A stretch of DNA of 64,000 nucleotides from Promethearchaeota archaeon (GCA_048938105.1 JBHLMN010000003.1:96001-160000), one strand, 5' to 3'. Counted from the first letter of the stretch, positions 38,775 to 48,629 are shown. Notes: generated by a model from the sequence alone, not told the origin. Program-made: numbers and translations.

Positions 38775-40049
38775 TTAATGAAAATGTCCAAGTAGTCCTT
38801 TCGCTTGTACTCGCCAAGTAGACAACCTTTTTTTAGAAAACCGTGTTTTTCTAGCTAATTCTTCCAATTCATATTCTACTAAGTCTTTTAGAGTTAATAC
38901 ACCAACGGTATTTAATCGTTGAGCTGTTTTAACCCCTACTCCTGAAATCGAGGTGAGCTGAGCACCATCAGCAGGGATTCGAGTTGGAGGGGTTATTCCA
39001 TCGGGTTTTTGACTAATAAATATTGTAGCACTCTTTTTCCATTTATTATAAGTATTTTCACTAGTTGAATCCTCAAATAATGTAAAAGATGAATCTAATA
39101 GATCTTTTACAGTCATAATCCCTCGTTGATTTAATTTCTGAGCTGTTTTAACTCCAATCCCCTTGATACTAGTAACTGGTTGAGCAAAAGGGTCGATTGT
39201 TTCTGGTTCTATAACCTCGGGTAGAACTATAGATTTTCCTATAGAAGAAAGAACTTTAGATAAGCGAGACATCGACATCCTCAAGGTTTTTCTCAGAGCT
39301 TCTAAATCATCGAAGTTTTCAAGATCTAATTTTGAAGTGATTCCAAGTTTAGCTAGTCTCTCAACTGATTTTGATCCAATCCCTTTGATAGACAGTAAGT
39401 CACTTGGTGGGATTGTAACATCCTCATCAGGGCGTTCAACTTCCTTACTTATGAGAAATTCAGCATCTTGAAGCATATGTATCAATTTAGTATCACTTAT
39501 CCGCATAACTTCAGCAAGAGAAACACGATCAGGATAATCTAAGAATTCTGAAATTGTAAAGACTTGGATTTTCACCAAGCGGGATGCGTAAGTCTTTCCA
39601 ATTCCCTTTATCGCTATTACAGATATTTTACTTGCCAAAATTCGCACTTCAGGAACAGGGAGAGGAATCCCTTGCTCTTCTAAAAGTTCCAAGGGACTTG
39701 TAGCAGCAAAGAGCATAGGCGGATCAATTCTCTCCTTGTGTTCCACATAAAAATGCTGACCAAAGGTTTCAGTATCTGCCTCCACTTGAATCCGCCAAAC
39801 ACCGAGATGTTCATTACGGATTGTATGTGGGATTGGCCAATCAAGTATAATTCCCTTATTAGATCCTTTTCCATAACGGTTCAATCGGGAATTGTTCCGA
39901 TGGTCTAAGACCTGTAAACGATAGTGATCTGGAATCTGTTCACCGAATTTCACATGGATGTTTATTCTTTCTCCTGGAACAAAGGCAAAAACATTATGCA
40001 TGGGTTCCTTCGTTTTCCGAATGGAGATTGTAGACATAGTTATACACAT
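38775..40049 (-). CDS. Ig-like N-terminal domain + four helix-hairpin-helix (DUF4332/HHH_5-like) repeats
   Basis: IKGIGKTYASRL, IKGIGSKSVERL, IKGIGVKTAQKL, ISGVGVKTAQRL. Confidence 0.8.
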   Translation of the reverse strand: MCITMSTISIRKTKEPMHNVFAFVPGERINIHVKFGEQIPDHYRLQVLDHRNNSRLNRYGKGSNKGIILDWPIPHTIRNEHLGVWRIQVEADTETFGQHFYVEHKERIDPPMLFAATSPLELLEEQGIPLPVPEVRILASKISVIAIKGIGKTYASRLVKIQVFTISEFLDYPDRVSLAEVMRISDTKLIHMLQDAEFLISKEVERPDEDVTIPPSDLLSIKGIGSKSVERLAKLGITSKLDLENFDDLEALRKTLRMSMSRLSKVLSSIGKSIVLPEVIEPETIDPFAQPVTSIKGIGVKTAQKLNQRGIMTVKDLLDSSFTLFEDSTSENTYNKWKKSATIFISQKPDGITPPTRIPADGAQLTSISGVGVKTAQRLNTVGVLTLKDLVEYELEELARKTRFSKKRLSTWRVQAKGLLGHFH

Positions 40050-40292
40050 TATAATATTTTCTTAATGGAGTTTGATCATTTATCTATCAAGATGATACTG
40101 TATGAATCTTAGATTTATGATAATTTTAATATTTAACACTCCTATAAATGTAACGCAAGTAGTAATTAAGATTACTACTTAATATGCTAAAACCTTTGAT
40201 TCATCAGCTGAGAAAGAAATAAGCATTAAATAAACTAAATAATTTCAATCATGAGCTTTTTCATTGATCCATTAAAGAGGACATTCAAATTG

Positions 40293-40680
40293 TCATTTTT
40301 TTCTTGATTTGAATTTCTGTACAAGAATAATCAAGGTATAAACAAATCCAAACAAGAAAAAAGTTATTCCTACAATGTTGAAAATCAAAGCAACATTTGT
40401 TATTAATCGAATGTAGGGAGTATCTATGTTTTCTATAAAATCACTCATTATTAAGGTAATACTACTAAGAAAAAACAGTACCGCAATAACATAAATTCTT
40501 TCTTCTTTCTTCAAAAGCAAAATACAACACATCTAGAGGAAAAAATATCTTATTATAACAACTAATATCTAAAACCATTGGATTCATAATAAATAGCTTT
40601 GTTTCTATTACACTCACTATAAAGAATATCAGTAAATATATCAATATACAGCTATAAATAATCTCCCTACAAATATCCAA
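40293..40680 (-). pseudogene. Possible frameshifted small membrane-protein remnant
   Basis: Two overlapping hydrophobic minus-strand ORFs (71 and 79 aa) in different frames within an AT-rich gap. Confidence 0.3.
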
Positions 40681-40708
40681 CCAGGGGTAGGAAGGTTTAT
40701 TACTAAAT

Positions 40709-41335
40709 TTAAGAGCCTCTTATAATTTCAGAATCAAGTTGAACAAGAATTTGATGAATTTGAATCCAAACTTCATTGGGAGAAGCATCCCCATCAATTT
40801 GAAACCAGTTTTTTCTCTGTGTCACTGATTGCATTTTATATCTCATTTTCTTCAATCGTGATAAGCTTTCAAACATTTCCTGCTTCTCACCCCGTTTAGA
40901 GATTCTTTCTCTAGCAACTTCAGGGGTGACATCTAAAAAGAAAAAATACCGACTAGTAGGTAAAAAGCTTTCAAAAAAGTTATATCCGAAAAGAACTATT
41001 GGAGAAGGTAGATAACAAACTCCTAGAAGATAACGAGAGAAAATAATGACTTCTTCACCATTATGGCGATAAAATTTCAGCAGGGATCTGATAACATCAA
41101 TGGCATAGAAAAATGCAGCTTTTAAATGGCCTTTCTTCCCTCCTTCCTTTAAAGCAGACTTTGCAAAGCGACCAAAAGGGTTATCGATTGAAGGATGACT
41201 CCTAATACGAACCTTCATTCCTTTATTAAAGTAATAGCGAGCAACTAGCTTTGCTTGGGTATCTTTACCACAACCATCACCACCATCTATCACAATAAAT
41301 AATGGATTGGACTCTGGTATTCTGTTACTTTCCAT
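40709..41335 (-). CDS. tmk: Thymidylate kinase
   Basis: FIVIDGGDGCGKDTQ, IIFSRY, FFLDVTPEVARERI. Confidence 0.88.
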   Translation of the reverse strand: MESNRIPESNPLFIVIDGGDGCGKDTQAKLVARYYFNKGMKVRIRSHPSIDNPFGRFAKSALKEGGKKGHLKAAFFYAIDVIRSLLKFYRHNGEEVIIFSRYLLGVCYLPSPIVLFGYNFFESFLPTSRYFFFLDVTPEVARERISKRGEKQEMFESLSRLKKMRYKMQSVTQRKNWFQIDGDASPNEVWIQIHQILVQLDSEIIRGS

Positions 41336-41687
41336 TAGGAGTCATTGTGAAGATTAATCGCACTGATTTTTGAATATTTCTTCATAAAGATCGTCTTTTC
41401 TTTTGAGATGAAACATTATTTAAGTTCAAGAAAAACAACCAAATTAAGAAGAGAGACCGTTAATTTTGGAAAAAATCAGTACTTATAATTGTTTGAGGTA
41501 ATCAAAAATCAGCTGATTCATTTTTACTTTATTTGAAGAGTGAAAATGTCACTCCTTTCCTCCTTAAGTCAATCCCAAAAATATTTGAAAGCATTCTTCA
41601 GTGTTCAAGTAAATAGGAAATTTTAGTGAACTAAATCTGTTCTGAATAATTTCAAAGAAATAAAATGTACATTATGAGGCAAATTAG

Positions 41688-42053
41688 TTGGTTAAAAAAG
41701 GAAAACAAAAGCCTAGTCCAGATACTGAAATTGTACGACGTACGCGTTACCCTAAAGGCGCTGAAGTTATTGGTGTTGTAATCCGTAATTTAGGTGCAAG
41801 AAGAATGGAAGTATTATGCTCTGATAGAGTAAAACGCACTGCACGTATCCCAGGACGATTCAGACGAGGGTATAGAATCACTGTGAACGATGTTGTCCTT
41901 GTTGAACCTTGGGCAGACCTGAAAGGAGACAAAGCAGATATTACTTATCGTTATAAGAAAAACGAAATCAGACCCCTAGCAAGAAGATTCTCTAAAGAAC
42001 TTGAATCTCTTGACATTGAAATACCTAAAACAGAAGCAAAACCGCGACCATAA
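41688..42053 (+). CDS. eif1a: Archaeal translation initiation factor aIF-1A
   Basis: EVIGVVIRNLGARRMEVLCSD..R.ARIPGRFR..DVVLVEPW..KADITYRY. Confidence 0.93.
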   Translation: MVKKGKQKPSPDTEIVRRTRYPKGAEVIGVVIRNLGARRMEVLCSDRVKRTARIPGRFRRGYRITVNDVVLVEPWADLKGDKADITYRYKKNEIRPLARRFSKELESLDIEIPKTEAKPRP

Positions 42054-42065
42054 CATTAGATTCAA

Positions 42066-42902
42066 GTGAAGACCCTCGATACTTATTTGAACTGGAAGAG
42101 GAGGGAAGAGATTCTTACAGGAAGCAAATCAATGAAATACATCAAAATTCTTGCTCATAGAGGATATCTTATCAATGGTGAACCTGGTAACTCCATCCCA
42201 GCTTTTCAAACGGCTATTCACCACGATGCAGATGGGTTTGAATTTGATGTTCATCTGACTTCTGATAACAAATTTATTTGCTACCACGATGACACTCTTG
42301 AAAAACTTGGACGGCCTTCTGATGCCATTAAAGATCTCTCATTCAAAGAATTGACTTCAATTGAGCTCTCAGAAGGGATAACTATTCCATCTCTTGAAGA
42401 AGTCTTTGATTTATTTGGGCAGAAAATCACTCTGAATATTGAGCTAAAATCACGAAAAAAAGGGGGGAATGAGCTTGTAGAATTGATCCATCAATTTAAC
42501 CTTACAGACGATTTAACAAAACTGATTGTTTCTTCTTTCTTCCATACTCCTCTAAAAGAAATAAAAACACTTGATCCTGAAATTCCAACAGGTTTACTTT
42601 TTCGTTCCCCTATAAACCAAATTCAAGTAGCAAAGGAATTGAATTGTAATGCAATCCACCCACATTATGATATCATCTCTAAAAAGTGGATAAAGTTTCA
42701 TTCTATTTGGCTTACTACTGTATTTCAAAATTTTTTTCTTCATAGATGCATTAAAAAAGCACAAAAACTCGGTTTGCTTGTTACTCCTTGGACAGTCAAC
42801 GATGAGAAATATCTAATAGCAGCAATTCAAAGACAAGTGGATAACATAATTACGGATAATGTAGAACAAGCTATCAAGTTGAGAGAACAGTTTTCTTGGT
42901 AA
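42066..42902 (+). CDS. Glycerophosphodiester phosphodiesterase
   Basis: LAHRG, EFDVHLTSD, YHDDTL, NIELK, PWTVND, IITD. Confidence 0.93.
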   Translation: MKTLDTYLNWKRREEILTGSKSMKYIKILAHRGYLINGEPGNSIPAFQTAIHHDADGFEFDVHLTSDNKFICYHDDTLEKLGRPSDAIKDLSFKELTSIELSEGITIPSLEEVFDLFGQKITLNIELKSRKKGGNELVELIHQFNLTDDLTKLIVSSFFHTPLKEIKTLDPEIPTGLLFRSPINQIQVAKELNCNAIHPHYDIISKKWIKFHSIWLTTVFQNFFLHRCIKKAQKLGLLVTPWTVNDEKYLIAAIQRQVDNIITDNVEQAIKLREQFSW

Positions 42903-42980
42903 TAAAGATACTCCTGATCCATCCTGGTTCTTTTTTCCGATTTAAATCTATTATTTCTTAGATTTAACTGCGTATCACAC

Positions 42981-42992
42981 AAATTTATAAAC
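42981..42992 (+). promoter_or_regulatory. TATA-box-like promoter element upstream of the small Zn-ribbon ORF
   Basis: AAATTTATAAAC about 40 nt before the TTG start, with GGAG SD at 43016-43019. Confidence 0.4.
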
Positions 42993-43027
42993 TTCAAAAC
43001 CTAGTCCTGTTAGTGGAGCCATTTTAA

Positions 43028-43168
43028 TTGAAATCAAGAAGTTCTTTTCGACATATAGCTCAATGTCTTCATCAACTAGTACGTAGTACACTTCCAGAAG
43101 AAGAATCAAAAGAAATTTATCGCTGTCTACGATGTGGTTGTGCTTTCAAGGTTGAAAAAATCTCATAA
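43028..43168 (+). CDS. Small zinc-ribbon protein (46 aa, not in ORF track)
   Basis: TTG start with GGAG SD; MKSRSSFRHIAQCLHQLVRSTLPEEESKEIYRCLRCGCAFKVEKIS (CxH...CxxCG). Confidence 0.55.
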   Translation: MKSRSSFRHIAQCLHQLVRSTLPEEESKEIYRCLRCGCAFKVEKIS

Positions 43169-43277
43169 ATGCATAATTATTTCAAGGAAATTAAGTTAAA
43201 TTATGGTTTAAAGATAATATTATATATTTCATTTAAAGAACATCTTTCTTGGGGAGCTGAACAAAAAATATTTCTTT

Positions 43278-44096
43278 TTATGTAACATCAACCAATGATT
43301 CTATTTTTTCTATAGATTTTATCAAATCCTCCATACTATCAATGGTAAGAGTTATTGCATTTTGTGGACAAACAGCAACGCACCTCCCACACCCTCTACA
43401 CATTTCATTAATTACAGCTCGCTTATCGATAATACTGATGGCATGAACAAAACAGCTTTCTATACAGGTACCACACCCAATACACGCGTCTCCCACTGTG
43501 ACAGTTACACCAGGCATTTTGGTTACTTTTGAGGAAATTTTCTTTGATACATGTGGCAAGATTCGCCATAAACAACAACAATCGCAGCAATTGCACACAG
43601 TAAGAAGTTTATTACCTGGACTGATTTTAAGCCAAAAAGTATCAAGTTTGTTCCTCCCCACTAAATGGACTAATCCTGCTTCTCTGCACCTCTTTGCATG
43701 GTTTAATGCTTCTTCTTTACTCACTTTTCTTCCAAGCCTCGGATCGATCTTCATTGCGGCTTCCCCAAGAAATAAACATCCTAATTTTATTGGATATTTC
43801 TTACATGAAGAAGCAGAACGACAGATACACCAATCCATAATCCAATGATAATTTGCTGCTTTGATGAAATGCTCAAGAACACTTGATGGAACAACCATTT
43901 CTCCATGTCCTTCTATTTCTTTATCGATCTTGATTGTACTTACTTCATCCTTGGGCAAGTAGATGATATCATCATCCTGAAATAGCATATAATCCATTAC
44001 TCTTCCAAGAAGTGGAAGCTTTGTGAACCTAGCAAAAATACTTCTAATTGGAAATCCTTTTTTCAACAACCAGATAAATAACCTTGATCGGGGCAA
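43278..44096 (-). CDS. 4Fe-4S ferredoxin-domain protein with an additional Cys-rich Fe-S domain
   Basis: CICR..C, GCLFLG, VCNCCDCCC, CIGCGTCIESC, CRGCGRCVAVCP. Confidence 0.88.
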   Translation of the reverse strand: MPRSRLFIWLLKKGFPIRSIFARFTKLPLLGRVMDYMLFQDDDIIYLPKDEVSTIKIDKEIEGHGEMVVPSSVLEHFIKAANYHWIMDWCICRSASSCKKYPIKLGCLFLGEAAMKIDPRLGRKVSKEEALNHAKRCREAGLVHLVGRNKLDTFWLKISPGNKLLTVCNCCDCCCLWRILPHVSKKISSKVTKMPGVTVTVGDACIGCGTCIESCFVHAISIIDKRAVINEMCRGCGRCVAVCPQNAITLTIDSMEDLIKSIEKIESLVDVT

Positions 44097-44144
44097 GAAT
44101 TTAATCTCTCCTAGATCGATTCATGGCATATCTTACATAGATCA

Positions 44145-44651
44145 TTAAGTTTCCCTTCCAAAGCTCCATTGTACGATTTCCTCACCATCATAGATGAATT
44201 TAGCCTCAACGATTTCCTGTGTTTCGAGTAATTTTGGAGTGAAAATTCTGTCTCCAGCCCACATCTTAGCATAAGGAATTTCTTTAATGGGAATCCATTG
44301 GAGTCTTCCTTCAGGGTTCTCAAAATTAAGTTTTTCGCTTACGTGAACATAATATAGAAATACTAACCAGTTAAATGCTGGGAGATCCTCAGTGATTTTA
44401 TCTCGATGGATTTCATCAAAATAAATGTAGCCTCTAAATTCAACCTCTTGAGATAACAATGAGTAACCTGTTTCTTCTTCCAGCTCACGTAAAATACACT
44501 CAAGAGGAGTCTCGCCTGGCTCAAGACGCCCCCCAATACCTATGTATTTCCCTTCATGGAAATCATCCTCTTTTTTATTTCGAAAAAGTAAGAGAACTTC
44601 TTCATTGTTATAAACTATATATGCTAATGTAGCTAATTTGTGAGCAACCAA
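44145..44651 (-). CDS. NUDIX hydrolase (MutT/8-oxo-dGTPase-like)
   Basis: GGRLEPGETPLECILRELEEETG Nudix box; EGRLQW, MWAGDR. Confidence 0.9.
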   Translation of the reverse strand: MVAHKLATLAYIVYNNEEVLLLFRNKKEDDFHEGKYIGIGGRLEPGETPLECILRELEEETGYSLLSQEVEFRGYIYFDEIHRDKITEDLPAFNWLVFLYYVHVSEKLNFENPEGRLQWIPIKEIPYAKMWAGDRIFTPKLLETQEIVEAKFIYDGEEIVQWSFGRET

Positions 44652-44874
44652 TTTTTCCTACTCTCTAAGTAATTCTATTAAATGTATGTTGTGGTCGTTT
44701 GAGGAACATATCATCATCAAAATGTTAAGTTTCTTATTTTTACTATGAGAATGTTTGGTTAAATCAACTTATATTACAAGGGTATCGCGAAAAATATTTG
44801 TAAATTTTAAATTTATTCCTTCTATAATATAAATTCTTTTAGTAAGCATAAATCTGAACATTGGAGGTCAAACA

Positions 44875-45369
44875 ACGAAATCTAGTGTTTCTCATGATGA
44901 TTTAAGAATAAGAATTCGCCCTAGTACGATCGAAGATGCAGACAGATTTAACGAGATAGAAAAGGCCTGTTTTCCTAGTAAGTTACGCTATGGACCTTCC
45001 ATTTTAGTTGCTCTTGTCTCTATGGCGTCTAATTACATTGTTTTAACAGTTCAGCTTGTAAAAGATAAGAAAATAATAGCTTTTGCGGTTGGAGAACAGG
45101 ATGACGATGATAAAACCTTAGGACGAATTATTACAATCCAAGTAGATCCTCCTTATCAGGGAAAACAGATTGGAAGTAAATTATTATTAAAGCTAGAAAA
45201 GAGTCTTCAGTTGAATTATGAAGTTAAAAAATCTGAATTACAAGTCCATTATAAGAATGAGAGGGCCATCGAATTTTATCGGAAACATAATTATTATGTA
45301 AAAAAAAGGTTGCAAAACTACTATGATCGAAAAGAACATGCTTTTTTAATGGTCAAAACGTTTCCTTAA
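44875..45369 (+). CDS. RimI/Ard1-like N-acetyltransferase (probable ACG start; first ATG at 45022)
   Basis: In-frame upstream IRIRPSTIEDADRFNEIEKACFP completes the GNAT fold; VDPPYQGKQIGSKLL, N.RAIEFY, YY..EHAFLM. Confidence 0.8.
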   Translation, partial: TKSSVSHDDLRIRIRPSTIEDADRFNEIEKACFPSKLRYGPSILVALVSMASNYIVLTVQLVKDKKIIAFAVGEQDDDDKTLGRIITIQVDPPYQGKQIGSKLLLKLEKSLQLNYEVKKSELQVHYKNERAIEFYRKHNYYVKKRLQNYYDRKEHAFLMVKTFP

Positions 45370-45469
45370 CTTAAATAATGGCAGATTTAATAATTCCATC
45401 TATTGTTATTCAATTTAAGTATCGTAATATTCTTAATAATCTTCTTGAAAGATAGATAGCAGACTGGAA

Positions 45470-45931
45470 ATGACTGAAAATTCTAATGATCATATTCTCA
45501 TAGATATTAATGCTGAAGTGACAGCAAAAATAGATGTTTTGGTTGAAAAAGAGTTCTATCCAAATCGAGCTGATTTTATTGAAAAAGCGATACAAAATCA
45601 GCTGAATTTACATGATGCAACCTTTCAAGAGCTTGTTAAGACGAAAAATGTGATAATTGGTTGGGCAAATTATTCTGCAAAAGAATTGGAAGCAGTTGCG
45701 GCTAAAGGAAAAAAACTTGAGATAAAAGTACTTGGCGGTCTTTCATTCTCCGAGGATGTTACACCTGAATTAGTTGACCGAGCAATCGCTAAGATAAATC
45801 TTGCAGGAATTTTAAAGGCATCTAAGGAAATTCTACCTGCTATCAATGCCAGACGATTCACTATTCTCGGTAATAAATATGACGAATTTAAAAGATTACC
45901 TACAGGGGAAGATGATAATAAGGATAAGTAA
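45470..45931 (+). CDS. CopG/ribbon-helix-helix family regulator
   Basis: IDVLVEKEFYPNRADFIEKAIQNQL RHH pattern + conserved C-terminal IKVLG..DVTPEL domain. Confidence 0.8.
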   Translation: MTENSNDHILIDINAEVTAKIDVLVEKEFYPNRADFIEKAIQNQLNLHDATFQELVKTKNVIIGWANYSAKELEAVAAKGKKLEIKVLGGLSFSEDVTPELVDRAIAKINLAGILKASKEILPAINARRFTILGNKYDEFKRLPTGEDDNKDK

Positions 45932-45952
45932 ACGAATTGTAAAAAATTCCAA

Positions 45953-46717
45953 TTAAGACATTTCTTCCAGTACAGTAAATATTTTTGGTAGAATAAGTCC
46001 CGCTTTTCCTTGAATTGCTACATCAGCATAAATATTTAGAGGAGTAATCTCTCTATTAACAATGATCAATCCTGATCCAGTCTGAACTGCAAGTGATGGT
46101 AGGGCGGCAGCAGGATACACTGTTAAACTACTACCAATAACTATAACAAGATCAGCTGCCAGTATTTCTTCTCGTGATTGCTCTAACACATCATAAGGCA
46201 GCTGTTCGCCGAATAAAATGGTATTTGTTTTTATTAATCCGTTACATTGAGGACAGCGGGGAGGTATCAATCCTTGATCAAGCATTTCTTCAACTTCGCT
46301 AAAATGAAAGGTTTTATCACAGCTCAAGCAACGTGATGTTTGAGTTGTGCCATGAAGCTCCAGAACTTTGGTATTTCCAGCACGAGAGTGAAGAAAATCG
46401 ACATTTTGAGTGATTACTGATTTGAGTTTGCCATACTTATGCTCAAGGGATGCTAAAGCATTATGTGCTGCATTAGGTTGAGCATCTATCACCATTTCTC
46501 TTAATTCCATATGCATGGTCCAATACTTTTCTGGATATGAAAGAAAGGTTGAATATGTTGCATACTCATTGGGATTGTATTTTTCCCAAAGTCCACCTGG
46601 GCTGCGAAAATCAGGTATCCCTGATTCAACACTTATTCCTGCCCCTGTAAAAGCAACAATATATTTGGATTTCTTGATCAGTTCCGCAGCTTGTTTTATC
46701 TTGTCTTCTTGGCTCAA
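45953..46717 (-). CDS. cobB: NAD-dependent protein deacylase (sirtuin)
   Basis: TGAGISVESGIPDFRS, TQNVD, ELHG, CxxC..CxxC, GSSLTVYPAA. Confidence 0.95.
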   Translation of the reverse strand: MSQEDKIKQAAELIKKSKYIVAFTGAGISVESGIPDFRSPGGLWEKYNPNEYATYSTFLSYPEKYWTMHMELREMVIDAQPNAAHNALASLEHKYGKLKSVITQNVDFLHSRAGNTKVLELHGTTQTSRCLSCDKTFHFSEVEEMLDQGLIPPRCPQCNGLIKTNTILFGEQLPYDVLEQSREEILAADLVIVIGSSLTVYPAAALPSLAVQTGSGLIIVNREITPLNIYADVAIQGKAGLILPKIFTVLEEMS

Positions 46718-46726
46718 TTCTATACC

Positions 46727-47959
46727 TCAGGGGATATAGGTGTAAATAGCTAGGTCTACTCGTTCATCAGATTTCCCATAAATAGTAATGTAATCCACAC
46801 GAGGAAGTTCATCACAATTTAGTGAAAATTCGTATTTTCCAATACTTTTTTGTTTAAAACGCTGTTTCTCAAACAGATTTATTACTACTTCTGCTTCTTC
46901 ACATTTGTCCAACGTAACACTATTACAGAAGATTATGACAGGAGCCTCAGGAAGATAAGGCCCTTCTTGTCTGGAAGGAGTTTGAATCCACGCTCTTTGA
47001 GGATACTTCTGGGTAATATGACCCTTATAATGGATTCTAAATCCTAATGGGGAAGTTAAGTTAGATATGGTTAGTAACCTGATCTTGAAAACAGCAACGC
47101 TTGGAACAAGCAAATGTTTGAGTGTTCCAAAGGTAGCTTTGTGCTTATGAACACGCATATGGGTTTGTCCAATTGATATATTTATAGCATCAGAAAGAGG
47201 GATGAACTTGCTAGAACCTTCTCTGCTTCTAGACCACAAACCTCCCCCTAAATTAACCTGTGTAAGATGGTAAAGCTCTTTTTCAGTTATCGTAGAATTA
47301 ATATCTTCCAGGTAATCCAAAGCTTTACGGATTTGTGATTTATCGAGCCGAGTCTGAGTGTCTTTAAGATTCTTTAAATATTGTGTACTATCATGAGGCA
47401 CCCCACACATGGCTAGAATACGAATGTGGCTATCAGCTCCCGCAGTAAACTTTGTGAAGTATCGAGCCAATATCCCCCCAGTAGAATGGGTAATCATTGA
47501 GATCCTATGGGCATTAGTAATTTGCTTAATCTCATCTATAATCTGTGATAAAAAATCACCCGCAGCATGTAATTCTTTATACTCATTATCAACTGCAAAC
47601 AATTTACGAAAACCATAATACCATAATTCACGAGCAAACCAATTGAAGATTGTGTGTGAAGATCTATAACCATGTACCAATAGAATTGGCTCATAAAAAC
47701 GAGCCTCAGTGGTTGGAATGAATTCTCCAGTCTCATCATCTGAGAGATAGGAAAAACGCCAAAGTTTAAGATGCCTACAATGATCCATTTGAATCCAAAA
47801 ATGATCGAGCTCTTTTAATCGTTCAGTTTCAGGGGTTACATCAACAAACCGTGGACGAGGAAACCTTTTAACCATGTTTGTCACATTTTCAACAATTGTA
47901 TATACATGGGAGAACTCTTGTGAAATGATATTGAGGCTCAAGTGTTGTGGTTTAACCAC
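46727..47959 (-). CDS. Alpha/beta-hydrolase (lipase-like) with a C-terminal C2-like beta domain
   Basis: PILLVHGY, nucleophile elbow THSTGG, GVPH, TH; C-terminal VVINLFEKQRFKQKSIGKYEFSL. Confidence 0.75.
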   Translation of the reverse strand: MVKPQHLSLNIISQEFSHVYTIVENVTNMVKRFPRPRFVDVTPETERLKELDHFWIQMDHCRHLKLWRFSYLSDDETGEFIPTTEARFYEPILLVHGYRSSHTIFNWFARELWYYGFRKLFAVDNEYKELHAAGDFLSQIIDEIKQITNAHRISMITHSTGGILARYFTKFTAGADSHIRILAMCGVPHDSTQYLKNLKDTQTRLDKSQIRKALDYLEDINSTITEKELYHLTQVNLGGGLWSRSREGSSKFIPLSDAINISIGQTHMRVHKHKATFGTLKHLLVPSVAVFKIRLLTISNLTSPLGFRIHYKGHITQKYPQRAWIQTPSRQEGPYLPEAPVIIFCNSVTLDKCEEAEVVINLFEKQRFKQKSIGKYEFSLNCDELPRVDYITIYGKSDERVDLAIYTYIP

Positions 47960-48099
47960 TATGCCTTAAAGGCTATTTAATATTATTTGGTAAATGATAA
48001 GTACAAACCATATGGTTTTTAGTTCCATTGAGCAAAGCCTTATAATATATTGTATGAATTTAACAGGTACCTAATTAAGAAAAAAAGGAAGAAATTATT

Positions 48100-48600
48100 A
48101 TGCGATATTGCCCATTTTGTGGTTCTGAAGTCGATGAAGATAGTCTCTACTGTCTGAATTGTGGGAAAAAATTACCAGAAAAACCCGCAAAAGGTGTCAC
48201 AGCAGCTTGGGAAACCCCTCCAACTCAACCATATCCTAGCGCACCAGTTACATATCAGCCATTGTACCAACCAAGGCCGTATCATCCGGGCATGAAAGCG
48301 CCACTAGGCGAACGATGTATTGCATTGATCATTGATGATGTTATTAATCAATTCTGTTGTATTTATGATTTTATTAAGGATGGAATTCGGGAAGGACAAT
48401 CCATTGGTAAGGGTCTTATGGGGTTGCGGGTTGTTGACTTTCAAACGGGTATGCCCGCTACTATCGGCCAATCTTTCATCCGTAATTGTTGTCCTGGTTG
48501 TATTGATGGATGTTGTTGCTATCTAGTTGCTTTAATAGATCAGGATGGACGTCGGATTGGGGACCAGGCAGCAGGAACAGTAGTTATTCTTGATCAATGA
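48100..48600 (+). CDS. Zinc-ribbon + Pro/Tyr-rich linker + RDD domain protein
   Basis: CPFCG..CLNCG; ERCIALIID, GQSIGKGLMGLRVVD, RN, RRIGDQAAGTVV. Confidence 0.88.
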   Translation: MRYCPFCGSEVDEDSLYCLNCGKKLPEKPAKGVTAAWETPPTQPYPSAPVTYQPLYQPRPYHPGMKAPLGERCIALIIDDVINQFCCIYDFIKDGIREGQSIGKGLMGLRVVDFQTGMPATIGQSFIRNCCPGCIDGCCCYLVALIDQDGRRIGDQAAGTVVILDQ

Positions 48601-48608
48601 GCTATCAC

Positions 48609-48629
48609 TTTTCCTCCTCTTATTTTTTT
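48609..48629 (+). terminator. Pyrimidine/oligo-T archaeal terminator
   Basis: TTTTCCTCCTCTTATTTTTTT just after the RDD gene stop. Confidence 0.45.

Noticed and set aside
45953-46717. Sir2-type anti-phage NADase
   Set aside because: Has the zinc-binding CxxC pair and all motifs of a housekeeping CobB deacylase, with no defence partners nearby
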